The translations under genes and the position numbers were made by a program. Shown piece by piece: positions 11,801 to 26,800 of a DNA stretch of 64,000 bases. How positions within the stretch are numbered: the stretch's first letter is position 1; each line of letters begins with the position of its first letter. Under the pieces are notes generated by a model. The model was given only the letters and a program-made list of their open reading frames with translations, was not told the DNA's origin and ran no database searches. Source of the DNA: Diplonema japonicum (lineage: Eukaryota > Protista > Euglenozoa: Diplonemea); NCBI GenBank assembly GCA_964019335.1, contig OZ025652.1, forward strand, positions 1 to 64,000, given 5' to 3'.

Positions 11801-14800
11801 CGTGCCGAAAGTGGTGTCCCAGTAACAGCCGAGGTCCTTGCTGCACGGGCACGGGGTTGTGATCTTGGAGCAGTCCTTGTTTGCACACTTGTTGTTTGTC
11901 GCATCCCAACTGCAGCGCAGTTCCGGGTCCGTCTCGCACGCTCCCTCCGACGCGTACCTCAGGCAAACCTTCACGTCGCACTTGGAAGGTGCCTCAGCCA
12001 CATCCCAGTGGCATTCCTTGTCGTGGTCGCATGTCTGCTCGTCGTCGTACTGCCTGCACTTCTTGAACTTACACGTGGTGTCCCACTCGCACGCCTCGTC
12101 CGCAACGCAGGTCGCCGAGTCCGTCGCGATACACCTCGTCTTCTTGCAGTGGTCCACAGACCACTCACAGACCTCGGGAGCCGCCGCGCACTCTTGTTCC
12201 GTGGGATACGTGCACTCCTTCTTTGTGCACTCAGAAATCTTCGAGTTCCACTCACATACGTTCGGATCGGTGATGCAACTGTCCTCCGACCTGTGGTTCA
12301 CACATGGCTTCTCCACACAACGATACATGTTCACGTCAACCATCACCCACGCACAGCCTCCGTTCTCCGTCACAGCCTCGCAGGTCGGCTGCGTTGTCTG
12401 ACTCGGGCACACCGGCGGTTTCTTGAAGCACGATGCGTCCTGCCACTCGCACGCCGTGTCAGCAGCGCAGGCAGTCTGGTCGCAACCGTGAGATCTGCAT
12501 GGGTGTGCCGTGCACTGCAGTAAGGATTCAGACCACACACAGCCCGTATCCGCCTTGCACCCACCTGCGGCCGCGTAGGTCACGCACGGCTGGTTCACGG
12601 AGCTGCTGACGGTGCTCCCCTTCAGCATCGCCCCCCCGAAAGTCTTCGTTCTGTCACACAACGCCGTCAACACTTTCTCGTTTAGGTCGTCGATCTCCAA
12701 TTCCAAAAAGTGCTCGGCGTGCGCCACCGACACCAGCGTTTTCATCTGGTCCGCAGCAGCGTTGTCCTCAGCGGTCCTCGTAGCGAGGCGGCGAAGGGTC
12801 ACCCCGAACACCTGAACCGTGGGGTCTAGAGTCGCCATCGCCAGCTTCATCTTGTCCTCATCAGACACCTTTCCGCTCGTCAGCATCAGCACCACCTGCT
12901 TCCTCGTTGTAGGGCTTTGGCTTGAGAGTACGGACTCAGCATGCGCGAGTGCCTTCTCCGTGTAGCGACCGCCGCTGCCGCCCAACATATTGGCGGAGTG
13001 GAATATAAGGTCTCCGAAGAGCTGGTTCAAGTCGCCAGACAACAGACCCGCAGCCGAGGGGGTTGCGGGGTTAGTTGGGCTAGTCACCAGCATCGGCTGC
13101 ACGCTCGAACCGACCTGCACGAAGGCGACCCTTGTCCCATCCAGGCTCGTTGTCGCCTTCGGCACGATGTACGAGTCTCCGTTCAGAGGCAGCGTCCTCA
13201 CCCAGTCTTTCAGCATCTCCATCAGGGCGTCATATCCGTTGGGGTGGCGCCCGAAAGCCCATTGCATGGACTCCGTACCGTCGAACAGGACCACGATGTC
13301 GAGCGGCGGGCACGCCCCGAAGGCTGCCTCCACGCACGAGTTTCTTGACCCCACCCAGAAGCAGCTCGAGTCGTCGGCGCAGTGACACGGTTTCCCGTTG
13401 TGCCTCCTGCACGTGGATGGGACGCAGATGATGCCGTCCCAAGCACACGCTGCGTCCAGGTTGCAGTCACCCTTGGCGGTCCACCTCGAGCAGTGGGTCT
13501 CCTTGCAGTACGCGGGGGAAACATTCACCTCCCACTCACACCCAGCCTCGTTAATGCACGACCCTTCTTCCAGATACTCCACACACCTCTTCTTCTCGCA
13601 CTTCGAATTCTTCCAGTCGCACTTCGGGTCGTCCGTGCACTTTTCTTCCTCGGTATAAACACACGTCTTTGGCCCGCACTTGGACGCGGCCTGGTCCCAC
13701 TCGCAGCCCTCCGGGTCCGCCAAGCACTTCTCCGTCGTGGTGTGAGTACACTTTTTAACAATGCACTTTTTAGCAGATGCCCACTCGCAGCCTGCGACGT
13801 CTGACACGCACGCGGACTCGGTGTGGTGCTGGCAGGGCGCGGGCTCGCACTTGTTCGTCCAGACGCACTCATAGTCGTTCATGCAGGTCGGCTCGTCCGG
13901 GTATGCGCACACCTTCTCCTTCGTGCACGTGGAGTCGCCCGTCACGTTGAACTGGCAGCGGTGCACGGGGTCGGAGAGGTCCACGCACTGGTCCCTTGAG
14001 CAGTACTGCAAGCACGGGGTCACCGTGCACGCCACGAGACCATCGTCCCACATACACCCAGAGTCACGGTTACACTCTGCAGAGCCTCCGTGGAAAGAGC
14101 ACGGCAGGTGCGAGTCCGTTGTCTTCAGGTCCACAAGCCAGCTGCCCCACGCGGTGCTTGGGTTGCACCACTTGTCGAACACCTTCGCCCTCAAGTTGTC
14201 AATTGCGATGTTCTCGAAGTGTGCAATCTTCGGTTCCGTCACGATGGGCTGAAGAGAAGCCATGGCGTCGTTGTCGAGCGTGGCGTGAGAGTCGCTCCTC
14301 CTCACCACGACACCGACCAGGTGCACGCCGGTTGCCTGAATATTTCCGAGAGGCCCCGCTAGCTTGCTCTCGTCCATGACAGGGCTCCCCAAAAGCACCA
14401 GCACGATCTTCTTCCTCCCGTCGACCGGGTACGTCGGTCCGGAGAGCAGACCCGACGCCATCTCGAGGGCATCGAACAGGTAGGTGTCCTTCGCCATGTG
14501 GTTGTGCTCCTGGAACGACAGGTCCTGCCTCAGCTCGGGGATGTACCCCGAGAGCCTTCCCTTCGCTCCGGCGTCTGACACAAGGGCAGAGCTCGCCCCA
14601 AGAGTGTTCTTGTCCCCGCTGAACTGCACGATTGCGACCCGAGCAGAGCCTGGGGCGTATTTCGTGGGGTCTTTTCCGGCTGCCCCAACGTCACCAGGGA
14701 GAGGCAGCAGGTACACCCAATCTTTGATCATCTCGATGAGGGCGAAGTAGCCGTTCGGGTGGCGCCCGAATGCCTGGGTCATCGACTTCGATCCATCCAG

Positions 14801-17800
14801 CAGAATCACAATGTCCATTGTGGGGCATGCACCGTAGTGCACGTCCACGCAAGTCCCGTCGTGCCAGAAACAGCCTGGGTCCGTGGTGCACGCACAGTGC
14901 TCGTGCACGTTCTCACACCTCTTTGTATCACAGGTCCCAAAGTCCCAGGCACATGCGGGCTCCAGGTCGCAGGTGGTCTCGTTGAACTTCGCACAGTACT
15001 TCTCTTTGCACATACCGGGCGAGGTCGTCGGATCCCACTGGCACTGCGTCTCTGTCGCCGACGAGCACGACAACTCATCCACGTAGCCCACACATGGCTT
15101 CTCCACGCACGTCTGGCTTGCAGTGTAGTCGCACCACAGCTTGTTCTCAGCTGACTCACAGCAGGTCTGGTTTCCGGGTGAGCACGACACACACCTCTTC
15201 GGCTTGCACACGGCGCCATTTTGGCTGCTTGCATCCCAGACGCAGATGTCTGCGAGATCTTCACATGTCACCTGTGTGATCAGCCTCATACACGGCTCGG
15301 GAGTGCACAGCTTCCGCACACTGTCCCACACGCACCCTTCTGCGTCCAGCAGGCACGGTTCCTCGTCCTCATGCTGGCACGGCTTCTCCACACACTTGTT
15401 CTTCGTGCTCTCCCACATGCACTCTGCGTCCCTTAAACACTCCGAAACCGAGGGGTGGCCACAGGGGGGCTTTTTCCCGCACCCTTGCGTCGTCGCGTCG
15501 AAGACGCAGTGGTTGTCAACGTCCGCCATGCAGCTCACTTCATCGCAGTGATCGTAGCACGGTGTCGCCCCGCAGCTCAGGGTCGTGTCGGACCAGACAC
15601 AGCCGACGGCGCGGTTGCACGTAATCTTCCCGTCTATCTGCACACAAGGAACTGTGCTGTTGCCTGTCCCCGCAGAGCCGCCGCTGGCAGACGACACGAA
15701 CTTGCCCCACTTGCTGTTGGGATCACACAACCCGGTCAGCACCTCCGTAGGGATCTCGTCCATGGTCAGGCTCATGAAGTGGTCGTCCGCTTTCTCCGAG
15801 ACAACCGGCTTCAGGGCAGCCTCAGCAGCGTCATCTGCAGAGCTGTGAGCGTTGAACCTCCTCACAGCGATACCGAAGGTGATCACTTGCAGCTGCTGCA
15901 GCTTCGCCCTCACCGACGTGAGGCGGTCGCCGTCCATAAGCACACCGTCAGTGATGATGATGACGATCCTGCGACGACCGTCGAGCGGGGAATCATTCGT
16001 CAGCATGTCAGCAGCCACGTTCAGCCCCTCCTCGATGAAGGTGAGCTGCGCCATGTAGTTGTCCTCGTGCCACGTGATGTCACTCTCCAGCTGTGTGAGG
16101 TCTCCGCTGAGGCGGCCACCGCTGCCTACCGTCAACGGGGTCCTCTGCGCCGAGTTCACAACTCCCCCTGTTGCAGGGTCGACTGAGTTCTTTTGACCGC
16201 TGAACTGCACCAACCCAAGCCTCACGCCGCCAGTGGACGACGCCGAGTTCGATCCCACCGTCGAGAGCTCCCCACTCAGAGGGAGTGTCTTCACCCAGTC
16301 TCGAATCATCTCCATCATGGCGTAGAAACCGTGCGGGTGGCGCCCGAATGACTGGCTCATCGAGCCAGACCCGTCCAGCACCAGAACCGCGTCAAGCGTC
16401 GGGCACTTACCAAACACCTGCTCCTCGCAGCGCGCACGACCGCCGGCTGTTGACCAGAAACACTCCGTGTCTTGCTGGCACTCGCACTTCCCCGGGATCG
16501 TGTGGCAGGTCTTCTTCACGCACGCCTGCCCGGCGTCCCACTTGCAGCCGGTGTCAAGAGCGCAGGTCGTTTCATTCTCGTACCTTGCGCAAGGCTTCAG
16601 CTGGCAGCTCCCGGGTGCCGCAGTGGTGTCCCAGTGGCATTTCTTGTCAGCGTCACACGAACGGTCATCAGCGTACTCCACGCAAGGCCTCACCACACAG
16701 CGAGAAGTAGCTTCCTCCCACTGGCACAGCACGTCGGACTTGCACACGTCCTTCTCGGTGTGAGGCGTACACTTCTTGGGTGTGCACTTGGTGCCGGGCG
16801 CGGTAGCGTTCCAGTCGCACGTGGCGTCGTTTTCACACGCCGACTGCGAGTCCAACATCACGCACGGTTTCACCCCGCACTCCGAACTCTTCCATTCACA
16901 CACGTATTCGATGTCCGCAAGACACCCATCCTCGGAGGTGTGGTAGCAAGGCTTCACTCCGCACTCCGACGCTGTCGTGTTCCACATGCAGCCCGCTTCC
17001 CCCTCGCATGTCATCTGCGCTGTCCCGCCGCACACTTCCTTGCGGTAGCAAGTCTTGTCAGCAGCGCTCCACCCGTTCACGCAGTCGTTTGCGACGTCCT
17101 GGTTGCAGGTGGTCTCGTTACAGTGGATCACGCACGGCGATGTCCCACACGAAAGCTGGTTCCATGCGCAGCCCACGTCGCTCATGCAGTCCCTTTTCTT
17201 CGTGTACGCATTGCACGGCTGGTGCTTGCCACCCGCCACCCCCATCGCGATCGAGGAGCCGAACGCAGTCAACGGGTCGCACAGCTGTGTCATTGGACCG
17301 CTGCTCGAAGCGAGCTCATCCATGTCCACGTTCACGAAATGCGTGTTGTGGGGTGACGAAGTGATAGGCTTCAGCGCTTCTTCGGCGTCCGTGTCCACCT
17401 TCGTGTGCGAAGCGAACCTCCTCACCACGATACCAAACACCTCGGCCCCCACGGAGTCGAGATTTGCCTTCGCGTCCTCCAAGTACGCTTGGTCCTGGAG
17501 CTGCCCGTCAGTGATGACGTACACGGCCCTCCTCCTCCCGTCAGTGGGGGAGTTCTGCAAGATGCTCGCCGCCATTTGCAAACCGAGGTTCACGTAGGTC
17601 CCCTTTTCCATATAGTTCGCCTCGTGCCAATCCAAGTCCGCTGAGAGCTCTGCAAAGTTGCCGGACAGCCTCCCCGCCGTCCCCACCCCAGCGGGAGTCT
17701 TGATTGCCGACCCTACAACAGGGGTTTTGGTGAGAGGTGCTGTTGCCACCCCGCTAAACTGCACGAAGGCAACACGGATCTTCCTCGACGCAGCGGTCGT

Positions 17801-20800
17801 GGCCACAGGGGCACCGGCGTTCTCCCCGGACAAGGGGAGCCCGCTCACCCACGCCCTCAGCATCTCCACCATCCCGTAGAAACCATGCGGGTGGCGACCA
17901 AAGACCTGGCTCATGGAAGCAGACCCGTCGAACACAACGACAAGGTCCAGTGTGGGGCACGTCCCGTACTTCTGGTCCACACAGGTCTTCTCCCCTGAAA
18001 GCCAGAAGCAGTCGGGTTCCTTGTGGCACGAGCACTGGTCACCGAGCATCCCGCATTCCTTCTTCTTGCAGATGCTGGTTGCAGGGTCCGTCAAACACGC
18101 GGGGTCCTGGTCACACTCGCTAGCATCACAGATGCTGGTTTGCATGTCGCAGTACTTTCTGCAGTACTTCACGTTGCAGGTGCCAGGGGCGATGTCGGTG
18201 CTCCACTCACAGCTGTCGTCTGCAACGCAGAGCTTCTCGCTCTGGTACTGCTTGCAGGGTGCAGGCACACACGTGTTGCTCTCCCACACGCACATCCCCG
18301 GCTCCGTCGTCGTGCACGCCATCTGGTCAGTGTACTTGCACCTCTTAGGCTCGCACTGGACAGCGTCCGCGTTCCATTGGCACTCCGTGTCCAGGATGCA
18401 GCTGTCCTTGTTGTCGTAGTTGCACACCTTCTTCTTACAGTCTTGGTTCACGTTGTCCCAGTCACAGCCAGCAGGATCCGCGAGACAGCCCTGCTCGTTG
18501 TCGTGCTTGCACACCTTTCCAATGCACACGGTACCAGTCCACTGGCATTCAGCGTCCGCCTTGCACTCAGCCTCCATCGGGTGGCTGCACACCTCCTTCT
18601 TTCCGCACGACGACGCGCCCCATTCGCACATATTCACTGTGTCGGCCGTGCACTCCGCGTCCGAACAGTGCTCCAAGCACGGCGAGTCTGCGCACGACAG
18701 GGTCGCGTCGAACCACACGCAGCCGGAGTCCTTGTTGCACTGGTCCTTACCAAAGTGGAGCTTGCAAGGCTGCCTGCCGACAGAGACCATGCCCACAAAC
18801 TTGCCCCACTCCGCGTTGGGATCGCAGAGCCCGTTCAGCGAGACCGCAATCTCGTCAACCTGTACGTTTACGAGATGTCCTGTCTTCGGGTCCGACACGA
18901 GGGGCTGCAGGGTTTGCTGCGCCCTTTCGTCGACAGCAGTGTGAGTGTCGAAGGGACGCACCACAACCCCGAACACCTGCACCTGCGCCTGGTCCAGCTC
19001 AGAGCGCACCGTCTGGTGCTTGTCTGCGTCGTCGAGTTCATTGTCCGTCACAATGATCAGTACGCGCATCCTCCCGTCAACGGGCGAGGTACGGAACAAG
19101 CCAACAGCTTTCTGCAAACCAGCGAGGAGGTAGGTGGTTTGGGGAAGGGGCTGCGTTACGAGGTTCCCTCCCATGAAGTTCTGCTCCATGAAGAAGAGGT
19201 CCGCCTCTACCTCCGACAGGGAGCCAGTGAAGCGACCCTCGCTCGTACCGGGACCGGTGGAGGAAAGGGCCTGTCTACTGTTCGATGGCGCCCAGCTCTC
19301 GCTACCTGCGAACTGCACGAACGCGAGGCGAACTGTCTGCGAGTTCGCAGGCGCGGCCGCTCCAGCCACGTTCCCGCTCAGGGGAAGGGTCTGTGCCCAG
19401 TCCTTCACAACCTCCACCAGGGCATAGAAGCCCTGGGGGTGACGCCCGAACTTCCTGGCCATCGACACACCACCGTCCAGAAGCACAACCACGTCGAGCG
19501 TGGGGCATGTTCCGTAGCGCTGGAAGGTGCAGTGCTGCTTCCCAGCTGCGGTGCTGAAGTAGCAATCGGGGTCTGCCTCGCACGCGCATTTGTCCGTCAC
19601 TTTGTTGCAATCCTTCTCCACGCAGTTCGTCCCCTCCAACATGCATGCCCTCTCGCTCTCGCACGTGTTGCTGTCGATGATCATCTTGCAAGGTCCCACG
19701 CTGCAAATAGCCGGCGATTGCTTCACGTCCCAGTGGCAGCCCTCTGAGGCCTCGTTCGAGTTGCAGCACCTCTCGTCCGCGTAGGCAACACACGCCTTCA
19801 TCTCGCACGCGGAACCACTCCAGCCGCACTGCTCGTTGCTCGTGCAGTCTGCCGGCGTTGAGTAATCGCACGGCTTCAACACGCACATCGCAGGGATACC
19901 GGCCTTCAAGCACGCCTCGTCCCACATGCACTTCACATTTGCAGTACAGCCTGCCTTGTCGGAGTATTGGCACGGCTTCTCCTGACAACTGCCGTCCTTC
20001 GAGGACCACTCACAGTCGTACGTGGAGTCTGCAGTGCAACTGTTCTCATCGGGGTAGCTGCACGGCTTGTCCACGCACTTCATTTCCCTCCAGCTGCATG
20101 TCGTATCGACGTTGCACGCGGTCTCCCCAGAGTGTTTCTTGCACCCCTCTTCCTTGTAACACACGCTTTCGCTTGCATCCCAACTGCACTTGTTAGGCAC
20201 ATCCTTGTTGCAGAGGGTGTCCGAGCAGTGCTTGATGCAGGGGGTGTCCACGCATGCAGCGAGAACGTCGCGGAACACACATCCGAGATCGGCGTTGCAG
20301 CCATCCTTCTCATTGTAGTTCCCGCAGGGCTTGTGTACCCCGGCCTGGGCCGCGTCCACAATGTACTTCCCCCACATGCTGTTCGGATCGCACAGCCCGT
20401 CGAGGGTGTCCGAGATCTCGTCTAAGAGGAGGTTGTAATAGTGCTCCGCGTGCGGCTCCGAGGTGATAGGCTTCAGGGTGGCCTCAGCGTCAATGTCCGT
20501 CTGCGTGTGGGCATCGAAGCGCCTCACCACGATACCGAAGGTCATCACCTCCTCCAACTCTAGACGCTTCCTCGCGTCCACAAGCTTGTCCGCGTCCTGA
20601 ATCTGCCCGTCGGTGAAGATCAGGAGAACCCTCTTCCTCCCGTCCTTCGGAGAGGACTGGAACATGTCGGCCGAAACGTCGAGAGCCGCGGCGATGTAGG
20701 TCCCACCCTCCATGAAATTTGTCTCCTGCCACACCAGATCAGACTTCACTTCGTCCTTGTCACCGGACAGCCTACCACCGCTCCCAGTCCCGGTAGGGGT

Positions 20801-23800
20801 CTTCTGGGCGCCATCGACAAGATCCGATCCGGGAATCTTGATCGCGGGCTTGCCGCTGAACTGCACGACACCGATCCTGGTCTTGCCAGTCGGAGTTGTG
20901 GGAGCCCCCGCTTTCTCCCCGCTCAGGGTAAGCTTCGCAGTCCACACCTTCAGCACCTCCATCAGCCCGTAGAAACCATGCGGATGGCGTCCGAAGGTCT
21001 GTGTCATCGACGCCGACCCGTCCACTGCGAGCACGATGTCGAGCGTCGGGCACTCGCCGAACTTCGCTGTCTTGCACACCCCCTTGTCCCAGAAACAGTC
21101 TGCATCCTTGTGGCAACGGCACGTGTCGTTCTGGAAAGACCCGCACTCCTTGTCTACGCACTTGTTCTTGGTCTGGTCCCACATGCACAACCCGTCACCG
21201 TTGCACGCGTTCTCGTTTGTGGCATACCTCTCGCAGTACTTAGGCTCGCACTCGGTGGTCCAGTCGCAGCTGTCGTCCAGCCTACATTCGATCTCGCTCT
21301 GGAACCCCTTGCAGGGGGCCGTCACGCACTTGTTATTTTTCCACATGCACATCCCCGGATCGGTGGTCTCACACGCGGTCTGGTTGTCGTACGTGCAAAG
21401 CTTAGGCACGCACTCCGGCACCAGCGGCTTCCAGCTGCACTTCAAATCCAGCACGCACTGGTCCAAGTTGTCGTAGTCGCACGGCTTCTCCCCGCACGTC
21501 TGGGCGATGTTGTTCCACACACACGTGTCGGGATCAGCCACACAGCCCTGCTCGGTAGTGTGCTTGCACTTCTTTCCGATGCAGGTCCCCTTTTCGTCCA
21601 CTTCGCACTCGGGGTCCTTTTCACATGCCGACGTATCGGTGTGCTTGCAGATCTTCTCCTTCTCGCACGAAGCCCCGTTCCACACGCACCTGTTCATCCC
21701 GTCCGCAACACAGACCCCCTCCTCACAGTGGGTGAGGCACGGGGAGTCTCCGCATGAAAGTGATGTGTCAAACCACACGCACCCTGCGTCCTTGTTGCAC
21801 ACGTTCTTCTCGGCGTGCAGGTTGCACGGCTCACGTTGCACCGACGACGACGCTGCAGCAACGTGCTTGCCCCATTCTGTGTTGGGGTCGCACAGACCGT
21901 TCAGCGATGTGGCGAGCTGGTCGACTTCCACGCTCACGAAGTGCGTGCCTTTCGGGTTCGACACAATCTCCTTCACGTCGGCATCCGTTTTCAGATCGTC
22001 TGCGGACTGTGCAGTCAACGGGCGCAGTGACACACCGAACACCTCCACCTGAGAAGCAGAGAGGTCCGCCATCGCTGCCTGGTACTTGTCCTTGTCGCTC
22101 AGGGGGCTGTCCGCTACAACAATCAACACACGCCTCCTGCCATCTACGGGGCTGTTCTGGAACAGGCTTGCCGCCTTCTCCAGACCTGCCTGCAGGTAAG
22201 TGGTCTGCGGGGCAGGCTGTCTCGCGGCGTTCCCACCCATGAAGTTGTCCTCCTGGAATTCCAGGTCCTTTTCAATCTCCGAGAGCACACCGGTGAAGCG
22301 GCCCTCGCTCGTCCCGGTCCCTGTAGACATCAGAATCTGCCTGGCTTCACCAGCAGGCCACAAACTGCTGCCTGCGAACTGCACGAACGCGAGGCGAGCA
22401 GCGTTGTTGTTGGCAGGGGTCGACCCAGCGGCACTACCAGAGAGAGGCAAGGTCCTCGCCCAGTCCTTCACAACCTCCACCAGGGCATAGAAGCCCTGGG
22501 GGTGACGCCCGAACCTCCTGGCCATCGACACACCACCGTCCAGAAGCACAACCACGTCGAGCGTGGGGCATGTTCCGTAGCGCTGGAAGGTGCAGTGGTT
22601 CGACCCAAGCACGAAGAAGCAATCGGGGTCGGCCTCACATGGGCATCTCGTGGTGTATTTTCCGCACTGCTTCTCCAGACAAGTGCTCCCAGTCCCCTCC
22701 CACTTGCAGTTCCTCTCTGCATTGCACACGCCCTCCGAGGCGAACAGACGGCACGGCTTCTCTGCGCACACAGCGGGAGCTTGCGCCACGTTCCAGTGGC
22801 AGCCGTCATCGCGGTTGCAGCACTTCTCATCGGGGAAGTGAGCACAAGTCGCCACAGAGCACGCGCCGCTGCTATTCCACGAACACATCACGTCTGCCTT
22901 GCACCCGCTCTCGCTTGTGTGCGTGCAAGGCTTCATGATGCACATCTGGTCCTCCGGGGCAGTGCATGCCGCTTCCCACATGCACTCGCTGTCTGCAGTG
23001 CAGTCAGCCGTGTTGTTGTAGTTGCACGGCTTCTCAGCGCACTTCTTTGTTACTGTCGACCACACACAGTAGTAAGTAGAGTCTGCGGTGCAGCTTGCCT
23101 CATCAGGGTAGTTGCACGGCAGCGGAACGCACTGGAGGGTGTTCGCGTTCCACATGCAGTTCGCGTCGTTGTCGCAGTTCATCTCATCGGTGTGCGGGCA
23201 ACCGGGAGGTTTCTTGAAGCACTCTTGAAGTGTGGTGTCCCACACACACTCAGTGGAGGCCTCCTTCTCGCAGACTGCTTTGTCGCAGTGACCCACGCAC
23301 ACATTCTTCAAGCACGCTGTCAGGGCATCTGACCATGTGCACCCCGTGTCTGCTGCACACGTTGTCTTCGCGATGTAGTTCTGACAGGGATGGTGCACGC
23401 CGGCCTGCGCGGGTGTCTGCACAGGCACTATGAGGTGTCCCCATGGTCCATTCGGGTCACACAGCCCGTTCAACGCTTTGTCGGGAATCTCGTCAATCTG
23501 CAGGTTCAGGAAGTGCTCTGTCTGCGGAAGGGACACAATGGGCTTCAGCGTCGCCTCCGCGTCCACGTCCGTCTGCGTGTGTTGCGAGAACCTCCTCACA
23601 ACGATACCGAAGGTTTGCACAGACAACCCATCGAGCTCCTGCTTGGCCTGCACCATGATGTCCTTGTCGGTCCCTGCATCTTGGATCATCCCGTCCGTGA
23701 AAATAATGAGCACCCTCTGTCTCCCGTCAACGGGAGACGAGCTTGTGAAGATGGTGGCAACCCTCTTCAAACCCTTTGCGATGTATGTACCAGCCTCCAA

Positions 23801-26800
23801 ATAGTTGCTCTCGTGCCAGTCCACATCCGTCTTCAGCTCCGTCGACGCACCAGAAAGGCGGCCGGCAGTCCCCACCCCCACGGGGCTCACAGCAACAGAG
23901 TCCACTACTGGACCGCTCCACGTGTTGGGGGGGCTGAAGAACTGCTGGCGACCAGAGAACTGCACCACAGCAACACGCACCTTACCGGTGTTTGCCTGCG
24001 AAGAAGCACCGACGGTAGCCGCTTCCCCGTTCAGAGGGAGGCTCTGAATCCAGTCATTGAGCATCTCCATCAGAGCGAAGAACCCTTGCGGGTGATGCCC
24101 GAAAGACTGAGACATAGACTGTGAACCGTCCACTAGGGCCACAACATCCATCGTGGGGCACTGCCCGTAGTTGTTCTTCACGCACGACCCGGCGTTACCC
24201 ACAGCCTTCCAGAAGCACTTGGCATCTTCGATGCAGGGGCACTTCGTCAGGTCGTTACAGTTCTTCTCAACGCACGCCTTCTTGCCGTCGTCCCAGTTGC
24301 AGTTGCCGTCGGCGTTGCAGGTGGGGCTGTCCTTCAGCTTCGCACAGGGCTCTTCCACACACATGGCGGGCGAAATGGACGGGCTCCAATGGCACCCTTC
24401 CCTCTTGTTGCACGGGAGCTCTTCCATAACCTCGGTACACGGCTTCTGCACGCAAGTCGTTGTGTTCACGATCCAGTCGCAGTACGGGTCGGCCACACAC
24501 TCGGTTCTGCTGGTTTCAGTGCACTTCTTCTCTGCACAGCCGCCGGCGTTCACAATCACCTTCCCGACCGAACCCGTGCATATCGGGCCACTCACTGCTG
24601 TGCCCCATTCACACGCGTACCCGAGCACAGCTTTCTCACTCGTCTTGGCTACGCTGCTCCATTCCCCGTTCGGGAAAAAGTAGCCGTCCCCGGTCGTAGC
24701 TGACGGCTCGCCGGCCATCCAGTTCTCGTAGCTGGTGATGCCTGTCCCAGCATCAGGACCGGTGCTCCACTGCCAAGCCCCACCCGTCGCGGACGCGCCC
24801 ATCCAGCCCTCAGCCGCAACCTTCCCTCTCGCAACTTCAGTCTCAGTCTCGCTGCTCACCGTCATCAGGTAGCCGCTTGCCCCGAGGAAGGACTTCGCAG
24901 CACACGCCTGCTTCGCGTCTTCCCACGTGCACCCGGCCTTCTTCGTCCCACCAGCCGCCTGGCACACCGTGTTCGACACATAGTAACGGTAGTAGTGGCC
25001 GGTCCTGGCGTCGTACACACCTTGGCCGTAGTTCCAGGTGATCCCCCTGGGGTTGCCTGCGGCTGATGTTGTCGCGAAGCTAACCTTGTTCAAGGCCTCC
25101 GTGAACTTCTCCAGTGACTTGTCCTGCCCGTCCATCGAGGTCAGCACCAAGGTCCCCGTCGCCGCGGACCATTCGGTCTTCATCCCGAGGGCGGGGCATT
25201 CTGCGCACTCCAGCGTGTCCTTACCCTTAATGTACTCGATGCTGTCGATGCTCACCGCTGCGCCATTCACCAGCCCAGCACACTTGTTCGCACTGCATGT
25301 GGTGGTGTCATCGCAGGTCAGGTTGAAGGGGAACATCTTCACTCCCCTGCTGTAGGACAGGGGGTTGTTTCCGTTATTCCAGTCACATGTCGCGTCATCC
25401 TCGCACGTCGTTTCATCGGGGTAGTTGCACGGCTGTTCCGTACACTTCTGGTCGATGTTGTTCCACACACACTTGTCGGGGTCCGCCACGCAGCCCTGCT
25501 CGGTGTCGTGCACGCACTTCTTGTCGACACACGTAGATTTGTCCTTCGACACCTCGCACGCAGGGTTCTTCGGGCACTTCCCAACAGAGAGGGAGCTACA
25601 CTCTACCTCTGGCTTCTTCTGGCACAGCAACTTGGAAACGTCCCACTCACACCTGTTCGCTTTGTCAGCTGTGCACTCAGGTTCACCGCAGTGCTGCATG
25701 CAAGGGGTATCCGCGCAAGAGAGGGTTGCGTCGTACCACACGCACCCAGGGTCCGCGTTACACTGCCCCATTAGGGCATGCTGCTTGCAAGGCTTGTGCG
25801 TCCCAGTGCTGCTGCTGCCGTTCTGGCCCACCACGAGCTTCCCGAATTTCCCATTCGGGTCGCAGATATCACCCAGAACCATGTCCGGTACCTCGTCAAT
25901 CATGAGGTTCTGGAAGTGGCCGTCCTTCGGAACGGACACGATGGGCTTCAGGGTCTGCTCGGCGAGGTCATCTACCACAGTGTGCGCGACCGCTCTCCTC
26001 ACAACGACACCGAACACCTTCACCTTCTCCCTGTCAAGCTCGCCACGAGCAATCGATAGGGAGCTGGGGTCGAAGATCTGCCCATCCGTGATGATGATGA
26101 GCACTCTCTGCCTCCCGTCGTTCGGAGAAGCGTGGAACATCTCCGCCGCGTCGTTCAGCCCCTTAGAGATCATGGTGCCTCCGCCGTAGTAGTTGTCCTC
26201 CTGCCAGTCGATGTCTGCGTTCAGCTCCGCGAGGTCGCCGGTCAGAGAGCCGGAAGATCCTACACCAGCTGGGGTCGCCTGTGCGTCCGCCCTTCCGGGG
26301 TCCGCACCACGTGCGTTCACACCCGAGAACTGCATGATCCCAACTCGCACCTTCCCCGTGTTCGCTTGCGAGTTGACCCCCACGCTTCCCTTCTCCCCTG
26401 ACAGGGGCAGGGTAGTCACCCAGTCCCTCAGCATTTCCATCATGGCGTCGAAGCCATGCGGGTGGCGCCCGAAGGACTGAGACATGGAACCAGATCCGTC
26501 GATCAGGAACACCAAATCCAGGGTCGGGCACTGCCCGTACTGGAAGGGTGTGCAGAACTTCTTGTCGCCGTTCCAGAAGCACGTGGTATCCTTCCTGCAC
26601 TCACACTCCGCAAGCTTTCCGCACTCCTTCTCCACGCACTTGTTGCTGTCGTAGACGCACTTGCTGTCGCTGTCGCACTTTGGCTGGTCTGCGTTCATCT
26701 TGGCGCAGTACTTCACGCTGCACTGCGCAGGCGTCACCGAGATGTCCCAGTGGCAGTCCCCCTCGGCATTGCAGCACCTTTCCCCAGAATGGATGGCACA

